NCBI RefSeq assembly: GCF_008065095.1
Contig: NZ_CP042911.1
Coordinates: forward strand, 7,410,001-7,442,000
Direction of reading: 5' to 3'
Length of the DNA: 32,000 nt
Source: Gemmata obscuriglobus
GTDB taxonomy: Bacteria; Planctomycetota; Planctomycetia; Gemmatales; Gemmataceae
Each line of letters begins with the position of its first letter. Positions within the stretch are counted from its first letter, which is position 1. Below, in pieces: positions 24,515 to 32,000 of this stretch. The translations under genes and the position numbers were made by a program. The notes beneath the pieces were generated by a model. The model was not told the origin of the DNA. It worked only from the letters and a program-made list of their open reading frames with translations, and ran no database searches.

Positions 24515-25858
24515 TCACTTCGCCTTCACGTCGTAGCAGTACATCACCGTCTGGTCGCGGATCAGCAGCTTTCCGTTCACGATGACCGGGTGCGGCCAGC
24601 TCTGCGGGTACGACTTTTGGTCGGCCGTCGGCAGCTTGAATGCTGACACCACCTTCAGTTCATCCGGCGACGGCTCGATGAGTACCAGCACGCCGTTCTC
24701 GTACCGGAAGTACAGGCGGCCGTCGGCGTAGAGGACCGCGGCCGACCGTTGCCCGCCGGCCGGGGGCTTTTCCGGCCCCCACTTGATCTCGCCCGTCTTG
24801 AACTCGACGCACACCGGGTAGCCGCCGTTCTGGTCGTGCCCGAAGTAGATGTAATCGCCGGCCAGCACCATCCCGCCGTGGTGGTTGTTCAGCTGTTTCT
24901 TGTTGTGTACCTTCAACGGCTTCACCTCGAACCCGCCGCCCTTCGGCACGATCTGGAGCAGCGCCGCGCCGCAGGTCGTTTCACCGTAGCTGCACGACAC
25001 CCACACGAGGTCGCCCCTCACGACCGGGATCGGGATCTGGGCCACGCCGCCGGTCGCGCCGACGCCCTTGTACTGCCACAGCACCTTGCCGCTATCCGGG
25101 CTAACACCGACGACACCGGACCCACTTCCCAGGAGGGCGATGTACTGCGGCACCCCACCGATGGTCGCCTTAACCGGCGACGAATAGCCTTGACCCGGGA
25201 ACCCTTTGACCTTCGGGTTCCCGATCTCGCCCGCGTCGGTCTTCCAGATGGTGGCGCCGGTGTCGGCGTTGAGGGCGGCGACCGCGGCGCCCTTGGCGCC
25301 CGGGATGCAGATGATCTTGTCGCCGTCGGCCAGCACCGAGTCGCTGTACCCCCACGCCACACCGGCCTTCCCGCCCGGGGCGCCGCCGAAGTCCTTCTGG
25401 TAGTTCTTCGTCCACACCGACTTACCGTCCTTCGCGTTCAGGCACGACACGGTGCCGTTCGCGCTGACGGTGTACACCTTACCCTTATGAACGGTGGGTG
25501 TGCTGGCCGGGCCGTTGGTTTGGGTCAGCAGATCCTCAGCAGGCGCGGCGAACGGGGAGAACCACAGCTCCGAGCCGTCGGACTCCTTGACGGCCCAAAC
25601 GCCGTCCTTGTCGTCGCGGGTGCCGACCCCGTAAATGACGCCGTCGGCGACCGACGGGGTGCCCCAGCCGAGGCCGAGGTTCTTCGCGGTCCAGAGCACC
25701 TTCGGCCCGCCTTCGGGCCACGTCTTGAGGAGACCGGTTTCGGGCGACACGCCGTCCCGGTTCGGGCCGCGGAACCCCGGCCAGTCGGCGGAAACGGAAC
25801 CCGTTGCGGTCGCGCCGATCAGGAACGCGCAAACCAGTAATCGCATGCGTAGCGTCAT
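24515..25858 (-). CDS. secreted PQQ-like (BamB-type) beta-propeller repeat protein
   Basis: About 447 aa from ATG 25858. The signal peptide is MTLRMRLLVCAFLIGATATGSVSADWPGFRG. Repeated W/G-containing blades are present (..VADGVIYGV.., ..HKGKVYTVS.., ..DGRLYFR.., ..NGKLLIRDQ..). The upstream 56-aa extension was rejected. Confidence 0.85.
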   Translation of the reverse strand: MTLRMRLLVCAFLIGATATGSVSADWPGFRGPNRDGVSPETGLLKTWPEGGPKVLWTAKNLGLGWGTPSVADGVIYGVGTRDDKDGVWAVKESDGSELWFSPFAAPAEDLLTQTNGPASTPTVHKGKVYTVSANGTVSCLNAKDGKSVWTKNYQKDFGGAPGGKAGVAWGYSDSVLADGDKIICIPGAKGAAVAALNADTGATIWKTDAGEIGNPKVKGFPGQGYSSPVKATIGGVPQYIALLGSGSGVVGVSPDSGKVLWQYKGVGATGGVAQIPIPVVRGDLVWVSCSYGETTCGAALLQIVPKGGGFEVKPLKVHNKKQLNNHHGGMVLAGDYIYFGHDQNGGYPVCVEFKTGEIKWGPEKPPAGGQRSAAVLYADGRLYFRYENGVLVLIEPSPDELKVVSAFKLPTADQKSYPQSWPHPVIVNGKLLIRDQTVMYCYDVKAK

Positions 25859-26077
25859 TGTGGCAGCAACTCCGAGGGGCGGTGCGGGCGGTTGGGGAGG
25901 TACACCAGTTTTAGTGCGCGGACTGCGGTGGGAGAGCGCGGGAGAAGTGTTCGCCGGTAACGCGGCCGTCCCGGCCGCCGCCCTGTGGGTGAGCGCCGCC
26001 GCGCAAAACGCGCGACGCGACTTCACCGGCAGAGCGGCGGCCGGGACGGCTGCATTACCGCAAGCAACCCGAACGGA

Positions 26078-26710
26078 TCACCAGTGCCGGTATCCGTATC
26101 CGTATCCGTAACGGTAGGGCGGCGGCGGACCGACGTACACCGGCCTGGGGCGTACCACCACCACCGGCGGGGGCGATTCGTAGATCACCGGGCCGGGCTC
26201 GCGGACCACCACCCGCGTTGGTCGGGCCGCCGGACGGGTCGCCTGCATTTCCGTGATCACCCGCGCCGACACCCCGTTCCGTTTCAGCTCGCTCAGGTCC
26301 GACGGTTCGAGCAAGAAGGTGCTGCCCGTGGAGCGGATCTGGTTGATGATGACCTGATCGTCCTGGCCCTCCTGGGCCATGCGGATCACGTCGAACACCC
26401 CGACCCGCTGGCCGGCGGCCCGGGCGTCCGCGAGCGCCGCGGCCTGGGCCACCTCGCGGTCCCGCTGCTCGCGCTTGTCAACATCGTTACCCACGAGCGC
26501 GCCGCCCGCGGCCCCGAGCCCGCCGCCGATCAGCGCGCCGGCCACCGGTCGCCCGGTCAGCGCGCCGATCCCGGCTCCGACTGCCGCGCCGCCGGTGCCG
26601 CCGATCGCGGCGCCCCGCTCCGTGTTGTTCATGGTCGAGCACCCGGACCCGCCCGCCGCGAACGCGAGCGCCCCGAGCGCGAGCAGCCGTCGAAAGTTCG
26701 TGTGAACCAT
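26078..26710 (-). CDS. lipoprotein with glycine-zipper region and Pro-rich / YGYGYGY C-terminus
   Basis: ATG 26710 follows CAGAGGG. The signal and lipobox-like sequence is LLALGALAFAAGGSGC. The glycine zipper is GAAIGGTGGAAVGAGIGALTG..GALIGGGLGAAGGALVG. The C-terminus is PPPPYRYGYGYGYRHW. Confidence 0.7.
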   Translation of the reverse strand: MVHTNFRRLLALGALAFAAGGSGCSTMNNTERGAAIGGTGGAAVGAGIGALTGRPVAGALIGGGLGAAGGALVGNDVDKREQRDREVAQAAALADARAAGQRVGVFDVIRMAQEGQDDQVIINQIRSTGSTFLLEPSDLSELKRNGVSARVITEMQATRPAARPTRVVVREPGPVIYESPPPVVVVRPRPVYVGPPPPYRYGYGYGYRHW

Positions 26711-26980
26711 CTGACCCTCTGCGTATTCCAACCCGGCAGGGCTTATGGCGAATTCGGGCGGACTGGTCAACCGCGGTTCCGCTCCACCAGTTTAACGGCC
26801 CGGCGGCACGAACTTGCACCGCCCGGCGCCGCACAAGTGGCAACGCCCGTATACCGTGCGGCACGGCCCGCCCAGCCCGCACAAGCGGCCCCGATCCGCC
26901 CACCCCCGCCGTTGACGACATGGCCCCACCGTTATCGGCTCTCCACGAACCGCGCCCGCACTCATGATGTCGGTAGTAAG

Positions 26981-27877
26981 ATGGGAAGCGTCGATTCCGC
27001 CAGATTCGCTAAAGGACCAGACATGCTGCCCGATCGGCCGGTAGACAACGCCCCGTACCACACGATCACCCACGCGGGGCTCACGATCGAGGGGTGGTCG
27101 CGCGCGGCGGTGCAGAGCTACTGGCGCATCCCCGAACTGAAGATCGGGTTCGACCTGGGCGCGCAGCCGTGGGACTTCATGGGCACGCCGAACTGGTTCG
27201 TGTCGCACACCCACCTGGACCACGTCGCGGCGCTGCCGGTGTACGTCGCGCGGCGCCGCATGATGAAAATGGACCCGCCGACGGTGTACGTGCCGGCCGA
27301 GGGGCTCGAAGACGTCAAGAAGCTGATGGCTGTCATGCACCGCCTGGACCGCGGGCGCCAGTTGGCGCACCTGAAGGGGCTGACCGCCGGCGACGAGATC
27401 GAGCTGACGCGCGAGCACGTGGTGACGGTGTTCAACACGGTCCACACGATCCCGAGCCGCGGGTTCGTGGTGTGGGAGCGCCGCAACAAGCTCAAGGACG
27501 AGTACATCGGGCTGCCCGGCGACAAGATCAAGGAGCTGAAGCTCGCGGGGACGGCGATCACGCGCGAGGTGCGCATCCCGATCGTGGCCTACACCGGCGA
27601 CACCGCCCCGGCGGGCCTGGACGCGTGCCCGGCGTGCTTCGACGCGAAGATCCTGATCACCGAGATGAGCTTCGTACGGGCGGCCCACCGGCGTGACAAG
27701 ATCCACAAGTTCGGGCACATGCACCTGGACGACTTCGTGGAGCGCGCCCAGCGGTTCAAGAACGAGCTGATCATCGCGGGGCACTTCAGCACCCGCTACC
27801 ACCCGAACGAGGTGCGGAAGCTGCTCGACAACAAGCTCCCCGCCGACCTGAAGGCGCGGATGCGGTTCTGGGTGTGA
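26981..27877 (+). CDS. MBL-fold metallo-hydrolase (RNase Z-like)
   Basis: The HxHxDH motif is in FVSHTHLDHVAALPVYV. Downstream His/Asp ligands are present (VHTIPS, YTGDT, GHMH, AGHFSTRY). Start is ATG 26981 (27023 is an alternative). The 330-aa upstream part of ORF 25985-27877 is junk overlapping the lipoprotein gene. Confidence 0.85.
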   Translation: MGSVDSARFAKGPDMLPDRPVDNAPYHTITHAGLTIEGWSRAAVQSYWRIPELKIGFDLGAQPWDFMGTPNWFVSHTHLDHVAALPVYVARRRMMKMDPPTVYVPAEGLEDVKKLMAVMHRLDRGRQLAHLKGLTAGDEIELTREHVVTVFNTVHTIPSRGFVVWERRNKLKDEYIGLPGDKIKELKLAGTAITREVRIPIVAYTGDTAPAGLDACPACFDAKILITEMSFVRAAHRRDKIHKFGHMHLDDFVERAQRFKNELIIAGHFSTRYHPNEVRKLLDNKLPADLKARMRFWV

Positions 27878-27885
27878 GGCCGATG

Positions 27886-28003
27886 CGGTTGAAGAGTATT
27901 CACGCCGTATTCTGTAGCCGGCCTCTGTGAGGCCGGTGCGACACAGGTGGTATCGCACCGGCCTCACAGAGGCCGGCTACAGAATGCGGTTACCCTTCGA
28001 CCG
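27886..28003. repeat. 118-bp nested palindrome with the same outer motif as 24346-24493
   Basis: The inner arms are 27905-27941 and 27953-27989 (37 bp with 1 mismatch; 33 bp perfect at 27909-27941 / 27953-27985). The outer pair is cggttgaagagta (27886-27898) with tacccttcgaccg (27991-28003), 11/13. Each inner arm contains ccggcctc-tgt-gaggccgg. Confidence 0.8.
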
Positions 28004-29162
28004 TATCCGGTGTGAGGCGCGCGTTTTGGGCTACGCACTTTCTACCATCTGGTACGAGCGGCAGCGGTTCCTGCCCGCGATCCTCGCCGTGGCGTTCAGC
28101 GCGGTGCTGGTCGCGGTGCAGTCGGGGCTGGTGCTCGGGCTGCTGTCGGTGCTGTCGATGCCGGTGGACCGCGCGCCGGCCGACGTGTGGGTCGCCTTCC
28201 CGTCCGTCCGGAGCGTCGATTTCGGGCGGCCCATCCCGGAGCGGTGGGTGTCCCGGCTGGCGGCCCAGCCCGAAGTGGACCGGGCGGAAGGCGCGGTCAT
28301 CGGGTTCGCGCCGTGGACCCGACAAGGCGCGAACCCGGCCCAGACCACAACGCAAGTGTGCAACGTCGTCGGCGCGCGGCTGGACCCGCAGTCGCTCGCC
28401 GCGCCGGACGTGGTGCGCAACAGCCCCGAACTGCTCGCCGCCCTGGCCGAGCCGATGGCGGTGGCGGTGGACGAGTCCGAACTCGACCGGCTCGGGGTCC
28501 GTGGGGTCGGGGACACCGCGGAGGTCGTCGGCCGGCGGGTGCGGGTAGCGGGGCTCGTCTCCGGGTGCCGGAGCCTCGGCGGGCCGTACCTGTTTTGCTC
28601 GCTCGAAACCGCCCGGGTGCTGCTGGGCTACCAGCCGGATCAGGTGACGTACCTCGTCGCGCGGTGCAAGAACCCGGGCGACGCCGGGGCGGCGGCGCGG
28701 CGCATGAACGGCTACCCGCAACTGAGCGCGTTCACGTCCGACGAGTTCTCTGCCCGGTCCCGGCTGCACTGGCTCACGACCACGAAGGCCGGGGTGGCGA
28801 TCGGGTTCACCGCGCTGCTCGGGCTGCTGGTGGGCGCCGTCGTGACGAGCCAGACGCTGTTCGCCGCGACCGCCGCCAGCCAGCGCGAGTTCGCGACGCT
28901 GCGCGCGATGGGCATCCCGAAGTGGCGGCTGAAGTTCTCGGTGCTGGTGCAATCGTTCTGGGTCGGGCTGTTCGGGCTGGCGCTCGCCGCCCCGATCACC
29001 CTCGCGCTGGCCGAAGGGGCGAACGCGCTGGGAACGGCGGTGCGGCTGCACCCCTACATCCTGCTCGGCTCCGCGGCGGTCACCATGCTGATGGCGCTCG
29101 GGTCCGGGATGGCGGCGCTGCGGTCCTTCCAGGGCGTGGACCCGGCGCACAACATTCGGTAG
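27984..29162 (+). CDS. ABC transporter permease, FtsX/MacB-like (4 TM with a large periplasmic domain)
   Basis: The FtsX-type C-terminal block is LLGLLVGAVVTSQTLFAATAASQREFATLRAMGIPKWRLKFSVLVQSFWVGL. TM1 is FLPAILAVAFSAVLVAVQSGLVLGLL. The start is uncertain: ATG 27984 is chosen because ATG 27927 lies inside the palindrome. Confidence 0.8.
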   Translation: MRLPFDRIRCEARVLGYALSTIWYERQRFLPAILAVAFSAVLVAVQSGLVLGLLSVLSMPVDRAPADVWVAFPSVRSVDFGRPIPERWVSRLAAQPEVDRAEGAVIGFAPWTRQGANPAQTTTQVCNVVGARLDPQSLAAPDVVRNSPELLAALAEPMAVAVDESELDRLGVRGVGDTAEVVGRRVRVAGLVSGCRSLGGPYLFCSLETARVLLGYQPDQVTYLVARCKNPGDAGAAARRMNGYPQLSAFTSDEFSARSRLHWLTTTKAGVAIGFTALLGLLVGAVVTSQTLFAATAASQREFATLRAMGIPKWRLKFSVLVQSFWVGLFGLALAAPITLALAEGANALGTAVRLHPYILLGSAAVTMLMALGSGMAALRSFQGVDPAHNIR

Positions 29163-29222
29163 CTGTTGGCCGAACGGAAATGCGAGAACATTAATTATCA
29201 CAATCATCGACGAGGTGTATTC

Positions 29223-29477
29223 ATGCCGATCGTCGGGATCGCTTTCATGGTGCTCTTCCTCGTTATGTTGGGGGCCACCGTTGGAGGAGCGCTGGGTACG
29301 GGGGGCGCGTGGTTTCTCTACCTCCGTACCGTTCGCCAGCGCGAGTGCGAAGGTGCCGTGATCGTGCCCGAAGAGGAGTTCTCGGCCGGGTGTGGCGCCT
29401 TGCTTACCGGGTCCATACTCGGGAGTGTGCTCGGAGGGGGAGCCGTGCTGGTCGTTGGATATTGGGCCGGTATTTAG
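29223..29477 (+). CDS. small two-TM membrane protein (84 aa), Gly-rich helices
   Basis: ATG 29223 lies after GAGGTG. The helices are IVGIAFMVLFLVMLGATVGGALG and ALLTGSILGSVLGGGAVLVVGYWAG. No family recognised. Confidence 0.45.
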   Translation: MPIVGIAFMVLFLVMLGATVGGALGTGGAWFLYLRTVRQRECEGAVIVPEEEFSAGCGALLTGSILGSVLGGGAVLVVGYWAGI

Positions 29478-29539
29478 GCCGGGCGGTTCTGCGCCCGGCC
29501 GTTTTCACTGCCCGTCATACCAATTGGCGCGGTCCGATG

Positions 29540-30643
29540 TCAGCTCACGTCCACCGCCGGCGCGCCGAACTCACGCAGCTTGGGCCGGACGCCCAACCCC
29601 GGTTCGGTCGAGGCCGCGAGCCGGCCGTTGACGCGCTGCGGGGCGCCGTCGGCGATCGACCGCGTGACGTAGCTGTTGAAGTCCGTCGAGCTGAACAGGA
29701 ACTCGGTCGGCGTGCTGTGCGCCAGGTGCGAGATCGCGGCCGTAACGATGTCCCCGCCCCAACTGTCTTCGAGCGTCATCCCGATGCCGAGCGAGACGCA
29801 CAGGTCGCGGAGTTGTTTGGTCTTCGTTAGCCCGCCGAGTTTGCTGATTTTCAGGTTCACGACGTCCATCGCGCCGTCCGCGTGCGCCCGCATCAGCACG
29901 TCGATGCCGTCGATGTTCTCGTCCAGCACGAACGGCTGCGTGATCTGCCGCCGCACGGCCCGGCACTCGTCGTAGGTGAGGCACGGCTGCTCGATGTACA
30001 CGTCGAGGTCGCGCACCGCTTTTGAGATGCGAATCGCTTCGTGCTGGATCCAGCCGGTGTTGGCGTCCGCGACCAGCCGGTCGCCCGGTTTCAGCACCGC
30101 CGCCACGGCCTTAATGCGCTCGATGTCGGTGTCCGGGTCGCCGCCGACCTTCAGTTGGAACCGGCGGTATCCTTCGGCGCGGTAGCCCGCGACGTTGGCG
30201 GCCATCGCGTCGGGCGCCTCTTGCGAGATCGCGCGGTAGAGGTGAAAGTCCTCGCCGTACCGCCCGCCGAGCAGCGTGCACACCGGCAGGCCGCTCACTT
30301 TACCGAGCACGTCCCAGCACGCGACATCGACGGCCGATTTCACATACGGGTGCCCCTTGAGGGCCGCGTCCATGAGGCGGTTGAGCTTCCCGAGCTGGGT
30401 CGGGTCCTGGCCGATGAGCGCGGGGGCGATCTCTTTCAGCCCGGCGCGCACGCCGTTGGCGTAGGCTGGCAGGTACGCCGGGCCGAGCGGGCACACTTCG
30501 CCGTAACCCACCACGCCGGTGTCGGTCTCCACCGCGACGACGGTGCTGTCGAACACGGTGACCGACTTACCGCCGGACCATTTGTAGCTGCCCTCGTGCA
30601 ACGGCAGATCGACCTGCCACGCCGCGATTCGGGTGATGCGCAT
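29540..30643 (-). CDS. enolase-superfamily enzyme (mandelate racemase/muconate lactonizing enzyme family)
   Basis: 367 aa. Features are the FQLKVGG (KxK) motif, metal ligands in VADANTGW / IEQPC / LDENI, and the second catalytic Lys in [14 protein letters not shown] lies upstream of ATG 30643. Confidence 0.9.
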   Translation of the reverse strand: MRITRIAAWQVDLPLHEGSYKWSGGKSVTVFDSTVVAVETDTGVVGYGEVCPLGPAYLPAYANGVRAGLKEIAPALIGQDPTQLGKLNRLMDAALKGHPYVKSAVDVACWDVLGKVSGLPVCTLLGGRYGEDFHLYRAISQEAPDAMAANVAGYRAEGYRRFQLKVGGDPDTDIERIKAVAAVLKPGDRLVADANTGWIQHEAIRISKAVRDLDVYIEQPCLTYDECRAVRRQITQPFVLDENIDGIDVLMRAHADGAMDVVNLKISKLGGLTKTKQLRDLCVSLGIGMTLEDSWGGDIVTAAISHLAHSTPTEFLFSSTDFNSYVTRSIADGAPQRVNGRLAASTEPGLGVRPKLREFGAPAVDVS

Positions 30644-30934
30644 AACCGCTCCTGAACAAAGGGCTTCGACGGGTTCACAGGATCAGACCTACGAAACGGA
30701 CCACCGGCTTTGCCCTGTGAATCTTCCGAAAGTGAGGCGCGTGCAATGGTGGGAGGGGCTACTGCCGTTGGAGTGCGCACCGACGGCGCGTCAGTGAGGC
30801 CGTGCCTTGAGCCGTGCAACGCCTCAAGGTGATTGATGCGGCGGCGGTTGCTCCCGCTCGCGAGAAGTGAAGCACCGCGCGTTGAGCCCGCGAAACACGG
30901 CCCGACGCGAGGTGCGTTCAGGTGGGAAGGGGCA

Positions 30935-31978
30935 TCAAGCTTGAGCGGCGCCAAGGAGAGCGGTCGCGCGCCAGCGCCGGGTCAGGACGGTTCCGGCGCC
31001 CGTGTATACCAAGCACATTATCGCATCGAACGCATGAGCCGGTCCGTGATCGAGTCCCACGCCACACAGCACGAGAACCCAAACGGCGGCAGCGGAAACC
31101 CGAAACGGCCATTCCCACCGCGCGATCGCCCCGCGCACCACAAAACCGGTCGCGATCACCAGGCACACCGCCCCGATCAGTGTCGGCGGCGGCCCCAACC
31201 CGACGACGCCGGAAACCAACCGCCCGAGGGCAAGTGCGGGCGCGCCGGTTAACTCGATGTACGGTATCGCGGTTGCCCGGAACGACTCGCCGCGTCTCAG
31301 CATCCACCCGCCCGCCACGGTGCCGCAGAACACCGTGACTCCCGCCGTCGCCAGGGAAATCCCAAGGCCGAGGGCCGGGGCTGACGCGCTGCCGAGTACC
31401 TGATCCGCAACGACTTTTGCGAAGAACACGCCGCCGCGCGTATCGGCGGGCACGGTCCGCAGATCCTCATACCGCTCGACCAGAGCGTCCGACGGAACCC
31501 CGCGCCCGTCCGCCGGCGTTCGGGTCGCGTTGCCGATCGCGGTCAGGTCCGCGATCGCCGGTACGACGACCATCGCCAGCGTTGCCGTCCAGCCGATTCC
31601 GGCCGCGTAAGCCGCCAGGGTGGCGGTCAGTGCGGCACTCAACCCGGCCGACACGCCTTCCCAGTGGTTCGCCGGGCGCGCGACCCGGGCCACAATCAGG
31701 CCGATACCGACGAGTGCCACCGCCCCGAGCGCCGCGAGCGCCCAGAGCACCGCGGTGGGCGGTGCGACGGGAACAGCGAGCGCGGGCGCTTCGAGCCCCG
31801 GAAACTGGGTGTACGTGTTCGACACGTTAACCAGCAGCACCGCGAACGAGGTGCACGCGACGGCCGCCGTTGCGGGGGCGGCGAGGAGGCCGACCAGCGC
31901 CGGCCCGAACGTGCGCCGGAACTGATCCCAAAAACCGTGCCGCGTGCCGGGCGGGACGGAGCCGAGGTGATCTGTCAC
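30935..31978 (-). CDS. polytopic integral membrane protein, unknown family
   Basis: 347 aa with at least 7 hydrophobic Ala/Gly/Val/Leu-rich segments. GTG start at 31978 has AGAGGA about 9 nt upstream. The overlapping plus-strand ORFs are Arg/Pro junk. Confidence 0.6.
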   Translation of the reverse strand: MTDHLGSVPPGTRHGFWDQFRRTFGPALVGLLAAPATAAVACTSFAVLLVNVSNTYTQFPGLEAPALAVPVAPPTAVLWALAALGAVALVGIGLIVARVARPANHWEGVSAGLSAALTATLAAYAAGIGWTATLAMVVVPAIADLTAIGNATRTPADGRGVPSDALVERYEDLRTVPADTRGGVFFAKVVADQVLGSASAPALGLGISLATAGVTVFCGTVAGGWMLRRGESFRATAIPYIELTGAPALALGRLVSGVVGLGPPPTLIGAVCLVIATGFVVRGAIARWEWPFRVSAAAVWVLVLCGVGLDHGPAHAFDAIMCLVYTGAGTVLTRRWRATALLGAAQA

Positions 31979-32000
31979 GGCCGTAATCCTCTGAGCCGCG

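Noticed and set aside
25985-26980. N-terminal 330 aa of ORF 25985-27877
   Set aside because: This part overlaps the oppositely oriented lipoprotein gene and has junk composition. The MBL-fold homology starts only after ATG 26981.
27927-27983. ATG 27927 as the permease start. Near-identical peptides (RTGLTEAGYR) are encoded on both strands here (ORFs 27927+ and 26792-27967-).
   Set aside because: This is an artefact of translating a near-perfect palindrome on both strands. The region is the nested-palindrome repeat, not coding sequence.

Overview
This is a visibly high-G+C bacterial chromosomal window (G+C not computed). Gene content and style suggest a Planctomycetota, Gemmata-like, genome: archaeal-type ProRS, PQQ-like beta-propeller, Pro/Gly-rich secreted proteins, and many long Arg/Pro-rich spurious antisense ORFs. 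The taxon is inference only. I support about 24 CDSs. They include proS, a GntR/LacI-hybrid regulator overlapping an FAD oxidoreductase, a LamG-purple-acid-phosphatase, a receiver-only response regulator behind a DapA-family gene, and a PhyH dioxygenase. Others are a DUF1003 protein, an MBL hydrolase, a FtsX/MacB-type permease and an enolase-superfamily enzyme. One intact ISAs1-family insertion sequence has terminal inverted repeats and a target-site duplication, and it sits inside a former hairpin. Two families of long intergenic palindromes are present. The stand-out feature is a three-gene operon at 8636-16207, closed by a single intrinsic terminator. Its first protein is a clear PilM actin-like ATPase fused in-frame to a PilN-like segment (NLLP peptide, TM helix, coiled coil), the GspL-like architecture. 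The next two proteins are very large, single-pass, PilO-like in topology. All three carry long Gly/Pro/Met/Phe low-complexity loops with shared MPGG and FG motifs. No secretin, pilus ATPase, platform protein or pilin occurs anywhere in the window. I consider this the best candidate for an undescribed envelope-associated system. No rRNA, tRNA or CRISPR was found.
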